Below the pieces are notes generated by a model, which saw nothing but the letters and a program-made list of their open reading frames with translations, had not been told where the DNA came from and searched no databases. Below are positions 48,064 to 58,431 of a stretch of DNA of 64,000 nucleotides, one piece after another; position 1 is the stretch's first letter; each line of letters begins with the position of its first letter. The translations under genes and the position numbers were made by a program. The DNA is from an uncultured Gammaproteobacteria bacterium (GTDB lineage: Bacteria; Pseudomonadota; Gammaproteobacteria; DRLM01). The DNA lies in contig CAVSNY010000003.1 of assembly GCA_963729605.1 (NCBI GenBank), positions 320,001-384,000 on the forward strand, read 5' to 3'.

Positions 48064-48987
48064 ATGAAGCTTAAACGAATCGGTATTGATCTGGCAAAGA
48101 GCGTATTTCAGGCGCATGGCGTAGATAGTCATGAGCACGTCATGTTGAAGAAAAAGTTGAAACGTCATGAGGTGCTGAATTGTTTTCGCCAGATCGAACC
48201 CTGCGTGGTTGCGATGGAGGCTTGTGGCAGCGCCCACTACTGGGCTCGGGAGCTTGAGAAGCTCGGCCATCAGGCAAAACTGATTGCCCCACAATTTGTT
48301 AAGCCCTATGTGAAGAGTGGCAAAAACGACGCCAATGATGCCGAGGCTATCTGCGAGGCGGCCAGCCGTCCCGCCATGCGCTATGTTGCAGTGAAAACTG
48401 CCGAGCAACAGGCCGGACAGGCCTTGCATCGAGTCAGGAGCCGATTGGTCAAGGCACGCACCGCGCTGGAGGATGGCGAGAACGAGCTGCCGGGACCGAT
48501 GCGAGAACTGCTCGCTCAACTGTCAGAAGAGCTTGAGCAGAAAGATGTCCACATTGCCCTGCTGGATCGGCAGATCAAAAATCAGTGCGCTCAAGATGAG
48601 CGCATCAGACGCCTGATGGCGCTCGAAGGTGTCGGCCCCATCAGCGCCAGCGCGATAGTCTCAGCCATCGGTGATGCCCGCCAGTTCAAGAGTGGCCGGG
48701 ATCTGGCCGCCTGGTTGGGGCTGGTTCCCAGTCAACACTCCAGTGGTGGCAAGGAGCGATTGGGGGCGATCTCAAAGCGCGGCGACACATACCTGCGCAC
48801 CTTGTTGATTCATGGAGCACGCGCGGTGATCAGCCGCTGCGAAAAGAAAGAGGATCGTAAGAGCCAATGGCTCAAAGGAATCATGGCGAGGCGCAACAAG
48901 AATATCGCCACGGTAGCGCTTGCCAATAAAAACGCCCGTGTTATCTGGGCAGTTCTCAGTCGCGGTGAAAATTATCAGCCGGCCTGA
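48064..48987 (+). CDS. IS110-family transposase, probably with an in-frame internal deletion
   Basis: IGIDLAK, MEAC, KNDANDAEAI, GLVPSQHSSGG, SKRGD.YLR. Confidence 0.93.
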   Translation: MKLKRIGIDLAKSVFQAHGVDSHEHVMLKKKLKRHEVLNCFRQIEPCVVAMEACGSAHYWARELEKLGHQAKLIAPQFVKPYVKSGKNDANDAEAICEAASRPAMRYVAVKTAEQQAGQALHRVRSRLVKARTALEDGENELPGPMRELLAQLSEELEQKDVHIALLDRQIKNQCAQDERIRRLMALEGVGPISASAIVSAIGDARQFKSGRDLAAWLGLVPSQHSSGGKERLGAISKRGDTYLRTLLIHGARAVISRCEKKEDRKSQWLKGIMARRNKNIATVALANKNARVIWAVLSRGENYQPA

Positions 48988-49257
48988 GAGGGTGAGCACG
49001 TTGTAAGAAATAGGTTTTGCAGGAGAAGGAGCGTTCCACCACGATTGCAAAGTGAATTGTATTGATGACAACCGGTCGAACCGGCACGTGTGAAACCTGA
49101 CTATTGCATGGGCCCTCTGGAAACAAGGCCGCTAGGGCGATCAGCTACACGTGAGCGGATATTCATCATGGCTCTGGGTATAAGCACCCTGTACAGAAGC
49201 CGGATATACGGAAGCAGTCGTACTTGGGTTGTCAGAAAAACAGTTTGCTTGCAAAAC
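48988..49257 (+). ncRNA. 3' non-coding region, expected seekRNA/bridge-RNA locus
   Basis: Position between the transposase stop and right IR, as in IS1111 elements; structure not verified. Confidence 0.6.
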
Positions 49258-49273
49258 GGGAGGAGTCCATATA

Positions 49274-49353
49274 CGCAATAACCGCAGGGCATTGCGCCGG
49301 ATGTATCAAGATTTCATTCGGCGCAATACGGCTATCGCCTATTGCGCCCTACG
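49274..49353. repeat. Inverted REP doublet (first copy split by the IS)
   Basis: GTAGGG|CGCAATAACCGCAGGGCATTGCGCCG and inverted GTAGGGCGCAATAGGCGATAGCCGTATTGCGCCG. Confidence 0.8.
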
Positions 49354-49461
49354 AGTTCTATCCGTGCCTGAAATATAACCTCCTGGACCGTTGCCGCCCG
49401 TCATAGAGCCGAATAATCCAAACCCGATGAATTACCGCTTCGCGGTCATCTGCTACCCGCC

Positions 49462-49914
49462 TTACGAAAGTTCAATCCAGTTTGGATGATCGCGAAGAGG
49501 AAAATTCTTTTTTAAATGTTTTTTTACTGAAGATAAATCTATATTGTCACAATCTGACGGGGATAACCCTATAGAAAGATTTTCCTGAGCAAGTTTAGAC
49601 TTCGCTTTTCTTAATAAAGGATTTGCGTAACAAATAAGGTATCTTTTATCTTCTTCTTGATACCGATGAGATAATCCAATTAGTCGGATAGCCATTTCCA
49701 AATTTTCAATGGCAGCTTGGTCTGCGGAAGTCGCATAACATAAAAAACCTTTTAGCAAATGGTATTCAGCCTTTTTACCAGAAAAATGTTGATCAATTTT
49801 CTCTAACTGCTGTAGAGCGGACTGGTAGTCGCCTTTCGACGCAAAATCAAGACTTCTGACCCATCGTAAAGCTATGCCAGGCGCTATAAAAATCTTCTTG
49901 AAAAAATAAGTCAT
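49462..49914 (-). CDS. TPR-like putative immunity protein
   Basis: AT-rich, 8 nt after the RHS stop; GDYQSALQQL..AEYHLLKG..AIENLEMAI. Confidence 0.7.
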   Translation of the reverse strand: MTYFFKKIFIAPGIALRWVRSLDFASKGDYQSALQQLEKIDQHFSGKKAEYHLLKGFLCYATSADQAAIENLEMAIRLIGLSHRYQEEDKRYLICYANPLLRKAKSKLAQENLSIGLSPSDCDNIDLSSVKKHLKKNFPLRDHPNWIELS

Positions 49915-49922
49915 ATTGAAAC

Positions 49923-52900
49923 CTAATCCTTAAATACCTCAAATATTATTCTAACAATCTCCACAGCTTTTTCACCAAAGGTCCTCGGCGCAGGCGTAGG
50001 TTTTTGAGCCTCAGCAGCCCGTTTCAGACCCTCAAATAGCTGCGATTCAGCATACTTTACATCCAGAGTTCCAGCCTTAATTTTAGAAGCATTTATTTCG
50101 CACTGTTTTCGTAATAAGAGCTTTTGGGCGGGACTAAGACTTTGTCCAGCGACTTCCTTCAACAAAAAATTCAATTCACTCGTATTGCCTCTTAGAACAG
50201 CTTGGTAGACTGCCCCCTCAATTGAGTTCTTGGGTATGATCAAACCAGAGGGGTCGGTTAAATTAATCGGATCATTGAGCACGTAGGCATAAAGATTAGT
50301 TCCATCGCCTGCAAATAAAATCGGATCCTTCGCCGTCCACCTCCCCGTCTCCGCATCATAATCCCGCGCGCCGAAGCGGGTGAGCTTGGTATGCTGATCA
50401 TAGATACCGCCCGCAAAGCCAAACGGCTGGAAGCCGGGGTTGGTGTCTTGGGTAATATAGCCGAACTCATCGTAATCCAGTCGTTGAGCGATGGCTCCGG
50501 TGGTCGTATTGACGACCAGTCTCGGACTGCCCAAGTGATCAGAGAGAATGCGGTAGGTCTCGCCGCCTTTGATCAGGTAGTCCGGCACGTTGAGCTTGCT
50601 GCCGTAGACGAAGCGGGCGACGACGGCGCCGCTGCCGTTGAGTTCGGCGACGGGGTTGAGTTGGTCTTGGTAGAGGAAACCTTGAACCAGCGTGCCGTTG
50701 AGCTTTTTACCGACGCGACGGTTGCGGCCGTCGATGAGGTAGTCGATGATCGTGCCGCCGGGTAACGCGACGTGGCGCAGATTACCGATCACATCGTAGC
50801 TGTAAGTGGTGGTTGTTCCGGAAACGGTTTTGCTTAGCAATTCGCCGTTGGCGGTGTAGCCGTAGGCGGCGCCGTTGTAGCCGGTTAAACGATCTTGGGC
50901 GTCGACAGTGGCGGTGATGGCGCCGCGGCGGTCAAAGCCGCCGAGGCGGTTGCCGTTGCTGTCGTAGCTGTAGCTGGCGACGGTGGCGCCGTTTTGTTTG
51001 ATTTGGTAGAGCCGGCCCGGCGTGTCGTAGATGTAGTCATAGGTGGTGGTGACACCGGCTTGGGTCTCGATCTTTTGGGTGATGCGGCCGAGTTTGTCGC
51101 GGGTGTAAGCGGCGTTGTAAAGCGCGCTGCCGCTGTACGCCGCCGAGTGGCCGGCCAGTTCGGCGAAGCCATTGTAGCTTTGCGCGGTGCTGAGGTTGCC
51201 CAAAGCGGTGGCGGTGAGCAGGCCGTTCTGCGCATCACGAGTGAGGGTTACCGCGCCGGCTAGTGTCAGCAGGCCGTCGTTGTCGTAAGCGTAGTTGATG
51301 GCGCTGCCGTTGACGGATAAGCCAGTCACTTGAAACATGTTGTTGTAGGCGCGGCTGACGCTGCCGGCCACCGCCCCGCTCCAGGTTTCATTCACGGGCA
51401 GGAAGCCGTCGTAGGTGTAATCGAGGGTATCGCCCGACGGCGCGGTGAGGCGGGTCACTTGCCCACGAGTGGGATCATAGCTCACGGCGATTTGCCCCTG
51501 CGGCAAGACGACCGCGCTCAAACGGCCGCCGGTGTCGTAGCTGAAATCGATGCGCTGATTATCCGGCCGGGTGATTTGGGTGAGCTGCTTGTCGAGGTTA
51601 TAGCTGTAATGCGTGACCGTCGCGCCGCCGGACAGCGCGGGCGGCGTGTAGTGGTCTTGCTGATCGACGGCGGTGTAACTGAAGGTATGGGCGCCGCGGC
51701 CCGGCGGGGTGATCGAGGTCACGTTGCCGTTGGCGTCATAGCCGTAGGCGATGTGACGGCCGTCGGGCAAAGTCTGTTGCGTCACCCTGCCCGCGAGGTC
51801 GTATTGGAAGTTCATCGCCCGGCCGAGGGCGTCGGTGAGCGACGCGACGTAGCCGCCGGGGTTGTAGGCCAGCGCGACGGAACGCGCCGCCGCGCCCGTT
51901 CCCTGATTGATGCCTTGCAAACGGCCGCGGGCGTCGTAACTCCAATTGATCGCTTCGATACCGCTTGCCTGGGCAGTAACCAGACGGCCTTTGACGTCGA
52001 GGACCGCGCTGCTCTGCCGCGACAGCGGCGTGGTATCGGTGAAGGTGCGGTCGGCGGCGTTATAGCTGCTGGTATAACTGCGGCCGTTGATGCTGAGGGT
52101 CGTGGTCTCACTGGTCAGGCTGAGCGGATCGTGCGCCGTGGCGAGCGTGGCCGTGCGGGTGATCGTGGACGTTGATGTCAAACCGCTTGGCGTGGTGATG
52201 GTGGTATTTTTAGGCAAGGGCGCCTGCATGCCGAAGCGCGGATCGGGACCATGCAGGACGCTGATCATGGTGCCATCCGGTTCCAGCCGCGTCTCCGTGC
52301 CGTCGGGCTTGACGGTGGTAATGGCAAGGGTGCCGTCGGGCGCGGTGTTGGTGCGGCGCACATCACCGATCGGCAGCCGTTCCACCGCGTAACTGGTGGT
52401 GCGGCCCAGGGCCGAACTCATGCTGACGTGGTAGCCGGTTTCGAGATCGGCGCGGGTCAGGTTCCAGAAACCGCCCGCGGCGTTTTCATCGCGGGTCAGG
52501 CGACCGCGGGCATCATAGGTCATGTGCGAGGTGTGATTGCGCGGGTCGGTGAAGCTGAGCAGCAAGCCGTCGGCGGTATAAGTCGCTTGATAGGATTCGC
52601 CGGCGGGATTGGTGATGTGAGTGAGGTAGCCATTGGCGTTTAAGCTCAACGTAGTGCGTTGGCCGTCGGGCGCGACGATGGCGGTGGGTTGGCCAAGGCT
52701 GTCGCGTTCCACGGTAGTAACGTTATTGGTGCCATCGGTGACGGTGGTGAGGTAGCCATTAGCGTCATAGCTGAACTGGTAAAGCACGGCGCCGGTGCGA
52801 GCGTCAAGGGTGCGGAGATGGCGGCCGGAGGCGCTGAAGTGATAAAGTTCGGTGCCGTCACGCGATGCAATTAGAAAGTCACTAAGTGATATGCCCGGGA

Positions 52901-55900
52901 GAGTAGATGCTACCTTGCGGATACGAATATTGAATAAGTCCGCAATGTACAAATTGCCTTGTGCATCCGTTACTACACTTCGGGGGTTAAAAAACCTCGC
53001 CTGGGTGGCCGGTCCACCGTCGCCGCTGTAGCCCGGCGTACCTGTGCCTGCCAAGGTGGTGATACGCCCGTTGGAATCCACCTTACGGATACGCTGGTTG
53101 CCAGTGTCCGCAATGTACAGACTACCCTGTGAGTCCAAAGTTATGTCGGTAGGATTTGCTAGCCCGGCTTCGGTAGCGGGTCCGCCATCGCCGAAATTGC
53201 CAAAGTTCCCCCCTGCGACGGTTGTGATGTCTCCATTAGGACTTACCTTGCGGATGCGCTGATTGTTTGTGTCCACGATGTATAAATTACCCTCGAGGTC
53301 CAGCGCTATACCATGAGGTTGATTTATTTTGGCCTGTAAAGCCGGTCCGCCATCACCACTGTAGCCATCCACGCCTGTGCCTGCGATGGTGGTAATGCGC
53401 CCGGCGGGGTCTACTTTGCGGATGCGGCTGTTGAATGAGTCCGCGATGTAAAGATTGTTCTGGCCATCTACCACTACACTCCGAGGGTTAGAAAGTCTGG
53501 CCTGGATGGCGGGTCCGCCATCGCCACTGTAGCCCTGCTCACCTGTACCAGCTACTGTGGTGATGTACCCGGTAGGGTCCATTTTTCGGATGCGCTGGTT
53601 GCCAGTGTCCACGATATACAGATTACCCTGGGTATCCACTGCCACATCGGAAGGAGCAGCAAGCATAGCCTGGATGGCGAGCCCGCCGTCCCCGGCGTAT
53701 CCTGATTCACCGACACCAACTACAGTGGTGATTATTCCGGTGGGATATACCTTGCGTATGCGCTGGTTATTTAAATCTGCGATGTAAAAACTGCCCTCTG
53801 CATCCACCGTCACTGCCCATGGGGAATAAAACATAGCCTCAGTGGCGAGTCCGCCGTCGCCGCTATTGCCGAAAGCTGTCTGACCTGTTCCCGCCACGGT
53901 AGTAATTACCGTATCAGCTCCATTTCCCTGGCTAATTCTAGTGGTGCCGTCGCCTATTTGGAGCACTAAGCCTGCGCTGTCATACTGATGGTGCACATTT
54001 AATGTCCATCCACTCATGCCGTGAGCTTTAACATCCTCGTTTTTTATCGACTTAGAATGGTTTTGCCATAACGTGATTTCCTGACGGGCGATATTTCCAG
54101 TCATAGGCGTACCATTTGAAAAAGCGGCAAATGCCGATCCCGATGATAATGATATTGGGGTTAGATAAACTCCGTTATAAACATAACCGATCTTAATCGT
54201 CCCTGTTTGTGTACCCTGCAACGAGTTACCGTAGTCATCGCTGCCATCCCAGATAAAAGTGTAGTGTTGATTCGGCAGTGCGGCGAAGCTTTGAAAAAAT
54301 CGCTGCCCTGCCACCTCGATGATGAGTTCGATACGCTTGAGGCTGGCGGGCACGGTGGTGTTGCTCAAAGGGATGTTCACCGTGTAGCCGGCTTTGTGGC
54401 CGGGCACGCGGTCGCTGCGATAATGCAATGAGAACGGGGTGCCGGTAATGGGCACGGTCTCACCGAGCACCTGGTTCTGGCACTCGATAATGGAGCCCTG
54501 CTCACACTCCGGCTCGTCTTCTTTGATTTCGACCTTGGGAGGCGACGGTGGATTGGGTGGCGTCGCGTCCGGCGGCGGGCCGAAAGGCCAGTTGCAATCC
54601 CAGGGTGTGAAGTGGATGACGGGCACGCGCCACAGGCTTTTGCCGGGCGAATACAGCGTGGCAAGTTGGGCGCGTTCGGCGTCGGTGATGGTGAGCGCCG
54701 CGAGGGCGGCGGCGTTGGCGGGGTTGCCGCTGCCGTCAAGGTCGAGATTGGCGAGGCCGTTGTTGATGCTCAGCACCTTGATGATGCGGCCGTTGTCGGA
54801 CGGGATCCACGCCGCTCGTTCGCGGTTGTAATACCCCGCCGGCACGATGCCGCCCACCGGAAAGTTCAGGAAATTATCGACGTAGAAATAAACCGGTTGA
54901 GTGAAGCGCACGTCTTTGGCGCCGGCGGCGATGGCTTCGTCGACGCTGAGCTCCACGGCGTAGGTGTAACCGCTATTGGGCGGCAATGCGCCGGGCATGG
55001 TGTTGGGACCGTTGGCGCCCACGGTGTATTCGGTGGCGCGCACGTGCAAGCTGGTCAAGGGCTGCGTCGAGCCGTCTGCCAGCACCATCTCCGCTTGCGT
55101 GCCTTGCGGGAAGAGGATGGTGGCCTGGCGGGTGCCGTCGCTGTCGGTGACCACGTTGCCCCGCGCCGCTTGCATGGGAATGGCGGCTTGCAGATTGATG
55201 GCCGTCACTTGGCTGTCGACCGGAATCATCACTACCTCGGGCAGCCAGGCGTAGTCCTGCCAGGGCGCGTTGACTTGGCGCTGTACCGGCAGGTAACCGT
55301 CTTTTTGATAGTTCACGGTGAGATAACCGCCGCCGTTGACGGCGAGATCGAACATGCCGTCGGCACGGCTCAAGGTCTGACCGAATTCGGGGTGTTGATG
55401 AATGGTGACGGTGACGCCGCCGAGTGCGGCATTGTTGCGATCCAGCACCTTGCCGCGCAATACCGCGGCGCGGCGGGCTTCGATGGTACCTTGCGTCACG
55501 CCGGTTTGAATGGGGTTGCTACCGGTATAAAGAAACTTAGTCGCGGCGAAAACCGTGGTGGCGACGGTGGGGTCCACCGGCGGTGCGACGGTCGCCGGAT
55601 CCGGCGGCAGCGATGAAGTTACCGAGGTGCTGGCGGGCGCGCTGGTATTGCCGGCGGTGTCATTGACGCGGATGGTCAAGGTATCGCCGCCCTGCGCGGC
55701 GATGTTGGCGTTGAAGGCGCCGAGGCTGTTGGCCGTCGCCATCACGATGTCGCCGGTGCGGGTGTTGGTGAGGGTGACCCGTGCGCCCGCCTCCACGCTG
55801 CCGGCGGCGCCGGTGACGTTGACGATGCCATTGCTCGGTTCACTCACCGATACCGATCCCATCTGCACGGCGGCGGGTGCCTGGGTGTCGAGCACCAGGG

Positions 55901-57602
55901 CGAATAACTTCTGCGCGGTTTCTCCACCGGTGGCGGTGGCGATGAAAGTGAAGTTGTTGTTGCCTTCGCTCAACGAAACGTTTTTGGTGAAGCTGTTATC
56001 GGCGGCCACGGTCAACGGTGCGTTGTTGACGATGAGGGTCGCCGGTTTGCTGAGATGGCCGCTGATGGTTTGCGCCGCGAGATTGGTGACGTAGCCAGTG
56101 GGCGGCGTGTCGATGGTGACGCTCAGTGGGATGATGCCGTATTTCGAAAGAAATATATCGGTAAGGCCGACCGCGCTCCGGGAATCAATGGCGGTGCCGG
56201 GATCAAAATCGATGGTCCCGCCAAAATCACCCGTGATGTAAGCGGCGGTTGCCGATGCCGCCACCGCATTGACGGCCGGGTTACCGGAACCGCCGATGCT
56301 GCGGGTCCATTGGTAGGTGCCGTCGGCCTGAAACAAAGTGAGAAAGGCGCCGGTTCCCGCGGGAAGGCTGCGTATATCCTGGCCCGTGCCGGGATCGAAA
56401 TCCACCGTTCCTGCGAACACGCCGCTCACCAGGACACCTTCGCTACTCAGGCTTACCACGCCCCGCCCCTCGTCTTGACCGGCGCCGCCGAGGGTGCGCG
56501 TCCAAAGGTAATTACCGTCAGCCGCCAATTTGGTGAAAAAGATATCGTTAACGCCGTTGCTGGCGCGGACATCAGTGCCGGTGCCGGAAAAATCGACACT
56601 GCCGGTGAATTTACCGGTCACGTAAACCCCACCACTGCCGTCTACCGCGACACCTTTACCCTCACCGCTGCCGGAGCCGATGAAGGTGCGGGTCCAGCCG
56701 TAGCTGCCGTCGCCAAGATATTTGCTGACGAACACGTCGCTGCCGCCGGAGGAGGTATGGATATCGGTGTCGGGACCGGGATCGAAGTCCGTGTTGTTCT
56801 GGTAATAACCGGTGATATACGCGGCGCCGCTGGCATCCACCGCGACACCCTGGCCCGCGTCCCAGTGCGTGCTGCCAACGGTGCGCGTCCAGCCATAATC
56901 ACCGTTAGGCAGCAGTTTGGTGAGAAAGATGTCGTAGCCGCCTACCGCGTTGCGAATGTCGGGCGGACCACCGGCATTAAAATCCACATTGCCATTGAAC
57001 CGCCCGGTGAAGAAGATGTTGCCGGCGGCATCCACGGCGACGGCGTAGACCGCGTCCGGACTTGCACCGCCGAAGGTGCGGACCCAGCCATAACTACCGT
57101 CGGCATTCAATTTGAGCAGAAAACCGTCGTAACTGCCGCTGGTCGTGCGATTGTCCACCCCCGGACCCGGATCGAAATCCACCGTGCTGCTCGAAAATTC
57201 ACCGGCGACGAACACATTCCCGGAAGCATCCACGGCAACGCCATAGGCGAAATCGCTGCTGACACCGCCTACGGTTTTGGTCCAGCCATAACTACCATCC
57301 GCGTTGGTCTTGGTAATGAAGATATCGTCGAGACTGCCCACCGCAGTACGCTGATCGATACCGGTGCCTGGATTGAAATCGACCGTACCCCGGAAGGAGC
57401 CCACATGATAAATATTACCTTGGCCGTCGACGGCGACACCTTTGCCGGAGTCTGACTTACTACCGCCGACAATAGTTGTCCACTGGTAGGTGGGGTCGGC
57501 TTGTGAAAACGCGGGGATTAATAAGAAACCAAGAAAGGTTATGAGGGTGAACAGCCCATGCGCCACTCTACGCACGGCCGCTCCATGCCGGATAGGGTTC
57601 AT
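49923..57602 (-). CDS. Secreted teneurin-like RHS/YD protein (SBBP propellers, Ig, FN-plug, NHL, YD shell, C-terminal toxin)
   Basis: Signal peptide, VDFDPG repeats, [19 protein letters not shown] repeats, YD repeats, [10 protein letters not shown]; start ATG 57602 with GGAGG. Confidence 0.92.
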   Translation of the reverse strand: MNPIRHGAAVRRVAHGLFTLITFLGFLLIPAFSQADPTYQWTTIVGGSKSDSGKGVAVDGQGNIYHVGSFRGTVDFNPGTGIDQRTAVGSLDDIFITKTNADGSYGWTKTVGGVSSDFAYGVAVDASGNVFVAGEFSSSTVDFDPGPGVDNRTTSGSYDGFLLKLNADGSYGWVRTFGGASPDAVYAVAVDAAGNIFFTGRFNGNVDFNAGGPPDIRNAVGGYDIFLTKLLPNGDYGWTRTVGSTHWDAGQGVAVDASGAAYITGYYQNNTDFDPGPDTDIHTSSGGSDVFVSKYLGDGSYGWTRTFIGSGSGEGKGVAVDGSGGVYVTGKFTGSVDFSGTGTDVRASNGVNDIFFTKLAADGNYLWTRTLGGAGQDEGRGVVSLSSEGVLVSGVFAGTVDFDPGTGQDIRSLPAGTGAFLTLFQADGTYQWTRSIGGSGNPAVNAVAASATAAYITGDFGGTIDFDPGTAIDSRSAVGLTDIFLSKYGIIPLSVTIDTPPTGYVTNLAAQTISGHLSKPATLIVNNAPLTVAADNSFTKNVSLSEGNNNFTFIATATGGETAQKLFALVLDTQAPAAVQMGSVSVSEPSNGIVNVTGAAGSVEAGARVTLTNTRTGDIVMATANSLGAFNANIAAQGGDTLTIRVNDTAGNTSAPASTSVTSSLPPDPATVAPPVDPTVATTVFAATKFLYTGSNPIQTGVTQGTIEARRAAVLRGKVLDRNNAALGGVTVTIHQHPEFGQTLSRADGMFDLAVNGGGYLTVNYQKDGYLPVQRQVNAPWQDYAWLPEVVMIPVDSQVTAINLQAAIPMQAARGNVVTDSDGTRQATILFPQGTQAEMVLADGSTQPLTSLHVRATEYTVGANGPNTMPGALPPNSGYTYAVELSVDEAIAAGAKDVRFTQPVYFYVDNFLNFPVGGIVPAGYYNRERAAWIPSDNGRIIKVLSINNGLANLDLDGSGNPANAAALAALTITDAERAQLATLYSPGKSLWRVPVIHFTPWDCNWPFGPPPDATPPNPPSPPKVEIKEDEPECEQGSIIECQNQVLGETVPITGTPFSLHYRSDRVPGHKAGYTVNIPLSNTTVPASLKRIELIIEVAGQRFFQSFAALPNQHYTFIWDGSDDYGNSLQGTQTGTIKIGYVYNGVYLTPISLSSGSAFAAFSNGTPMTGNIARQEITLWQNHSKSIKNEDVKAHGMSGWTLNVHHQYDSAGLVLQIGDGTTRISQGNGADTVITTVAGTGQTAFGNSGDGGLATEAMFYSPWAVTVDAEGSFYIADLNNQRIRKVYPTGIITTVVGVGESGYAGDGGLAIQAMLAAPSDVAVDTQGNLYIVDTGNQRIRKMDPTGYITTVAGTGEQGYSGDGGPAIQARLSNPRSVVVDGQNNLYIADSFNSRIRKVDPAGRITTIAGTGVDGYSGDGGPALQAKINQPHGIALDLEGNLYIVDTNNQRIRKVSPNGDITTVAGGNFGNFGDGGPATEAGLANPTDITLDSQGSLYIADTGNQRIRKVDSNGRITTLAGTGTPGYSGDGGPATQARFFNPRSVVTDAQGNLYIADLFNIRIRKVASTLPGISLSDFLIASRDGTELYHFSASGRHLRTLDARTGAVLYQFSYDANGYLTTVTDGTNNVTTVERDSLGQPTAIVAPDGQRTTLSLNANGYLTHITNPAGESYQATYTADGLLLSFTDPRNHTSHMTYDARGRLTRDENAAGGFWNLTRADLETGYHVSMSSALGRTTSYAVERLPIGDVRRTNTAPDGTLAITTVKPDGTETRLEPDGTMISVLHGPDPRFGMQAPLPKNTTITTPSGLTSTSTITRTATLATAHDPLSLTSETTTLSINGRSYTSSYNAADRTFTDTTPLSRQSSAVLDVKGRLVTAQASGIEAINWSYDARGRLQGINQGTGAAARSVALAYNPGGYVASLTDALGRAMNFQYDLAGRVTQQTLPDGRHIAYGYDANGNVTSITPPGRGAHTFSYTAVDQQDHYTPPALSGGATVTHYSYNLDKQLTQITRPDNQRIDFSYDTGGRLSAVVLPQGQIAVSYDPTRGQVTRLTAPSGDTLDYTYDGFLPVNETWSGAVAGSVSRAYNNMFQVTGLSVNGSAINYAYDNDGLLTLAGAVTLTRDAQNGLLTATALGNLSTAQSYNGFAELAGHSAAYSGSALYNAAYTRDKLGRITQKIETQAGVTTTYDYIYDTPGRLYQIKQNGATVASYSYDSNGNRLGGFDRRGAITATVDAQDRLTGYNGAAYGYTANGELLSKTVSGTTTTYSYDVIGNLRHVALPGGTIIDYLIDGRNRRVGKKLNGTLVQGFLYQDQLNPVAELNGSGAVVARFVYGSKLNVPDYLIKGGETYRILSDHLGSPRLVVNTTTGAIAQRLDYDEFGYITQDTNPGFQPFGFAGGIYDQHTKLTRFGARDYDAETGRWTAKDPILFAGDGTNLYAYVLNDPINLTDPSGLIIPKNSIEGAVYQAVLRGNTSELNFLLKEVAGQSLSPAQKLLLRKQCEINASKIKAGTLDVKYAESQLFEGLKRAAEAQKPTPAPRTFGEKAVEIVRIIFEVFKD

Positions 57603-57980
57603 CGTCTCCTCCCTGATCAACGATAAATTTTGTTATTCTGGCTCGTTCTTTTATAGCTCGATTACTTTTTTCGCTTCACGCCTTGTCCCTGGCGCGACCC
57701 CTGCAACGAACTTTTATTACAACCAGTAAATTAGCTTGTTCTTAATTTTTCATGAATAACGCGCGATAGTCATTTTTCGAAAAGCCTAGTACCAAATTTT
57801 ATAAAACGCAAATTTTTAAAGACACCAACGACCCTGCGTGCCATCCCTCCTTGCGACAAGCGGATAATAACATCACCAGCAACGGCGGCCACGCGGTTCG
57901 AAACGAGTCGAACGGTCAACACTTCAAATGCTGACGGGCCGCCGGCAGTGGAAGATTACGTCAATGATCTATATTGTTCC

Positions 57981-58334
57981 TTAGCGGTCACCGGGAAAAA
58001 TCAAACTTTTGTCGCCGGATCGCAACGTGGCAAGCGGCGCCGCCGGCGTCTCGCTCACGCAACGCTGACATTCAAGACAGACATCCGCTGCTGCGCGGTG
58101 GGTCAATAACTGTGGGTTACCGATACAGGATAATAAGAACAACTCGCGCATCAATGCATGCAGATTCGCACGGGCCGCACATTGATGATCTTCGCTACAG
58201 CACGGTAAATCGGGGTCGGGTTGAATGAGGCCTGAACGGTAGCGCCAGTGCAGCCGCATCGCACCCGAATCCGTATCGAAGACCCGCAAGCGAGGTTCCC
58301 CTTGGAGTAGATTGGCTTCGATCCTAAAAGGCAT
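57981..58334 (-). CDS. Small Cys-rich hypothetical protein, likely Fur-regulated
   Basis: GGAGG RBS, start ATG 58334; CC..C, LFLLSC, CLECQRC. Confidence 0.6.
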   Translation of the reverse strand: MPFRIEANLLQGEPRLRVFDTDSGAMRLHWRYRSGLIQPDPDLPCCSEDHQCAARANLHALMRELFLLSCIGNPQLLTHRAAADVCLECQRCVSETPAAPLATLRSGDKSLIFPGDR

Positions 58335-58356
58335 GATACATCCTCCATCTTTTAGA

Positions 58357-58393
58357 TGAGAATGATTATCATTTATAATAAGCGCATTGTCAA
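58357..58393 (-). promoter_or_regulatory. Fur box overlapping a sigma70 promoter
   Basis: TGAGAAT-G-ATTATCA 58357-58371; TTGACA-17-GATAAT on the minus strand. Confidence 0.75.
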
Positions 58394-58431
58394 GAAGCGT
58401 ACGCACAGCGGGACGGCCATCGTTATTCCGC

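Larger units (their letters stand above)
47976..49273 (+). mobile_element. IS1111-type IS110 element inserted in a REP
   Basis: 13-bp subterminal IRs ATGGACTCCTCCC (47983) / GGGAGGAGTCCAT (49258), 7 and 3 nt from the ends; flanks rejoin to a REP. Confidence 0.92.
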
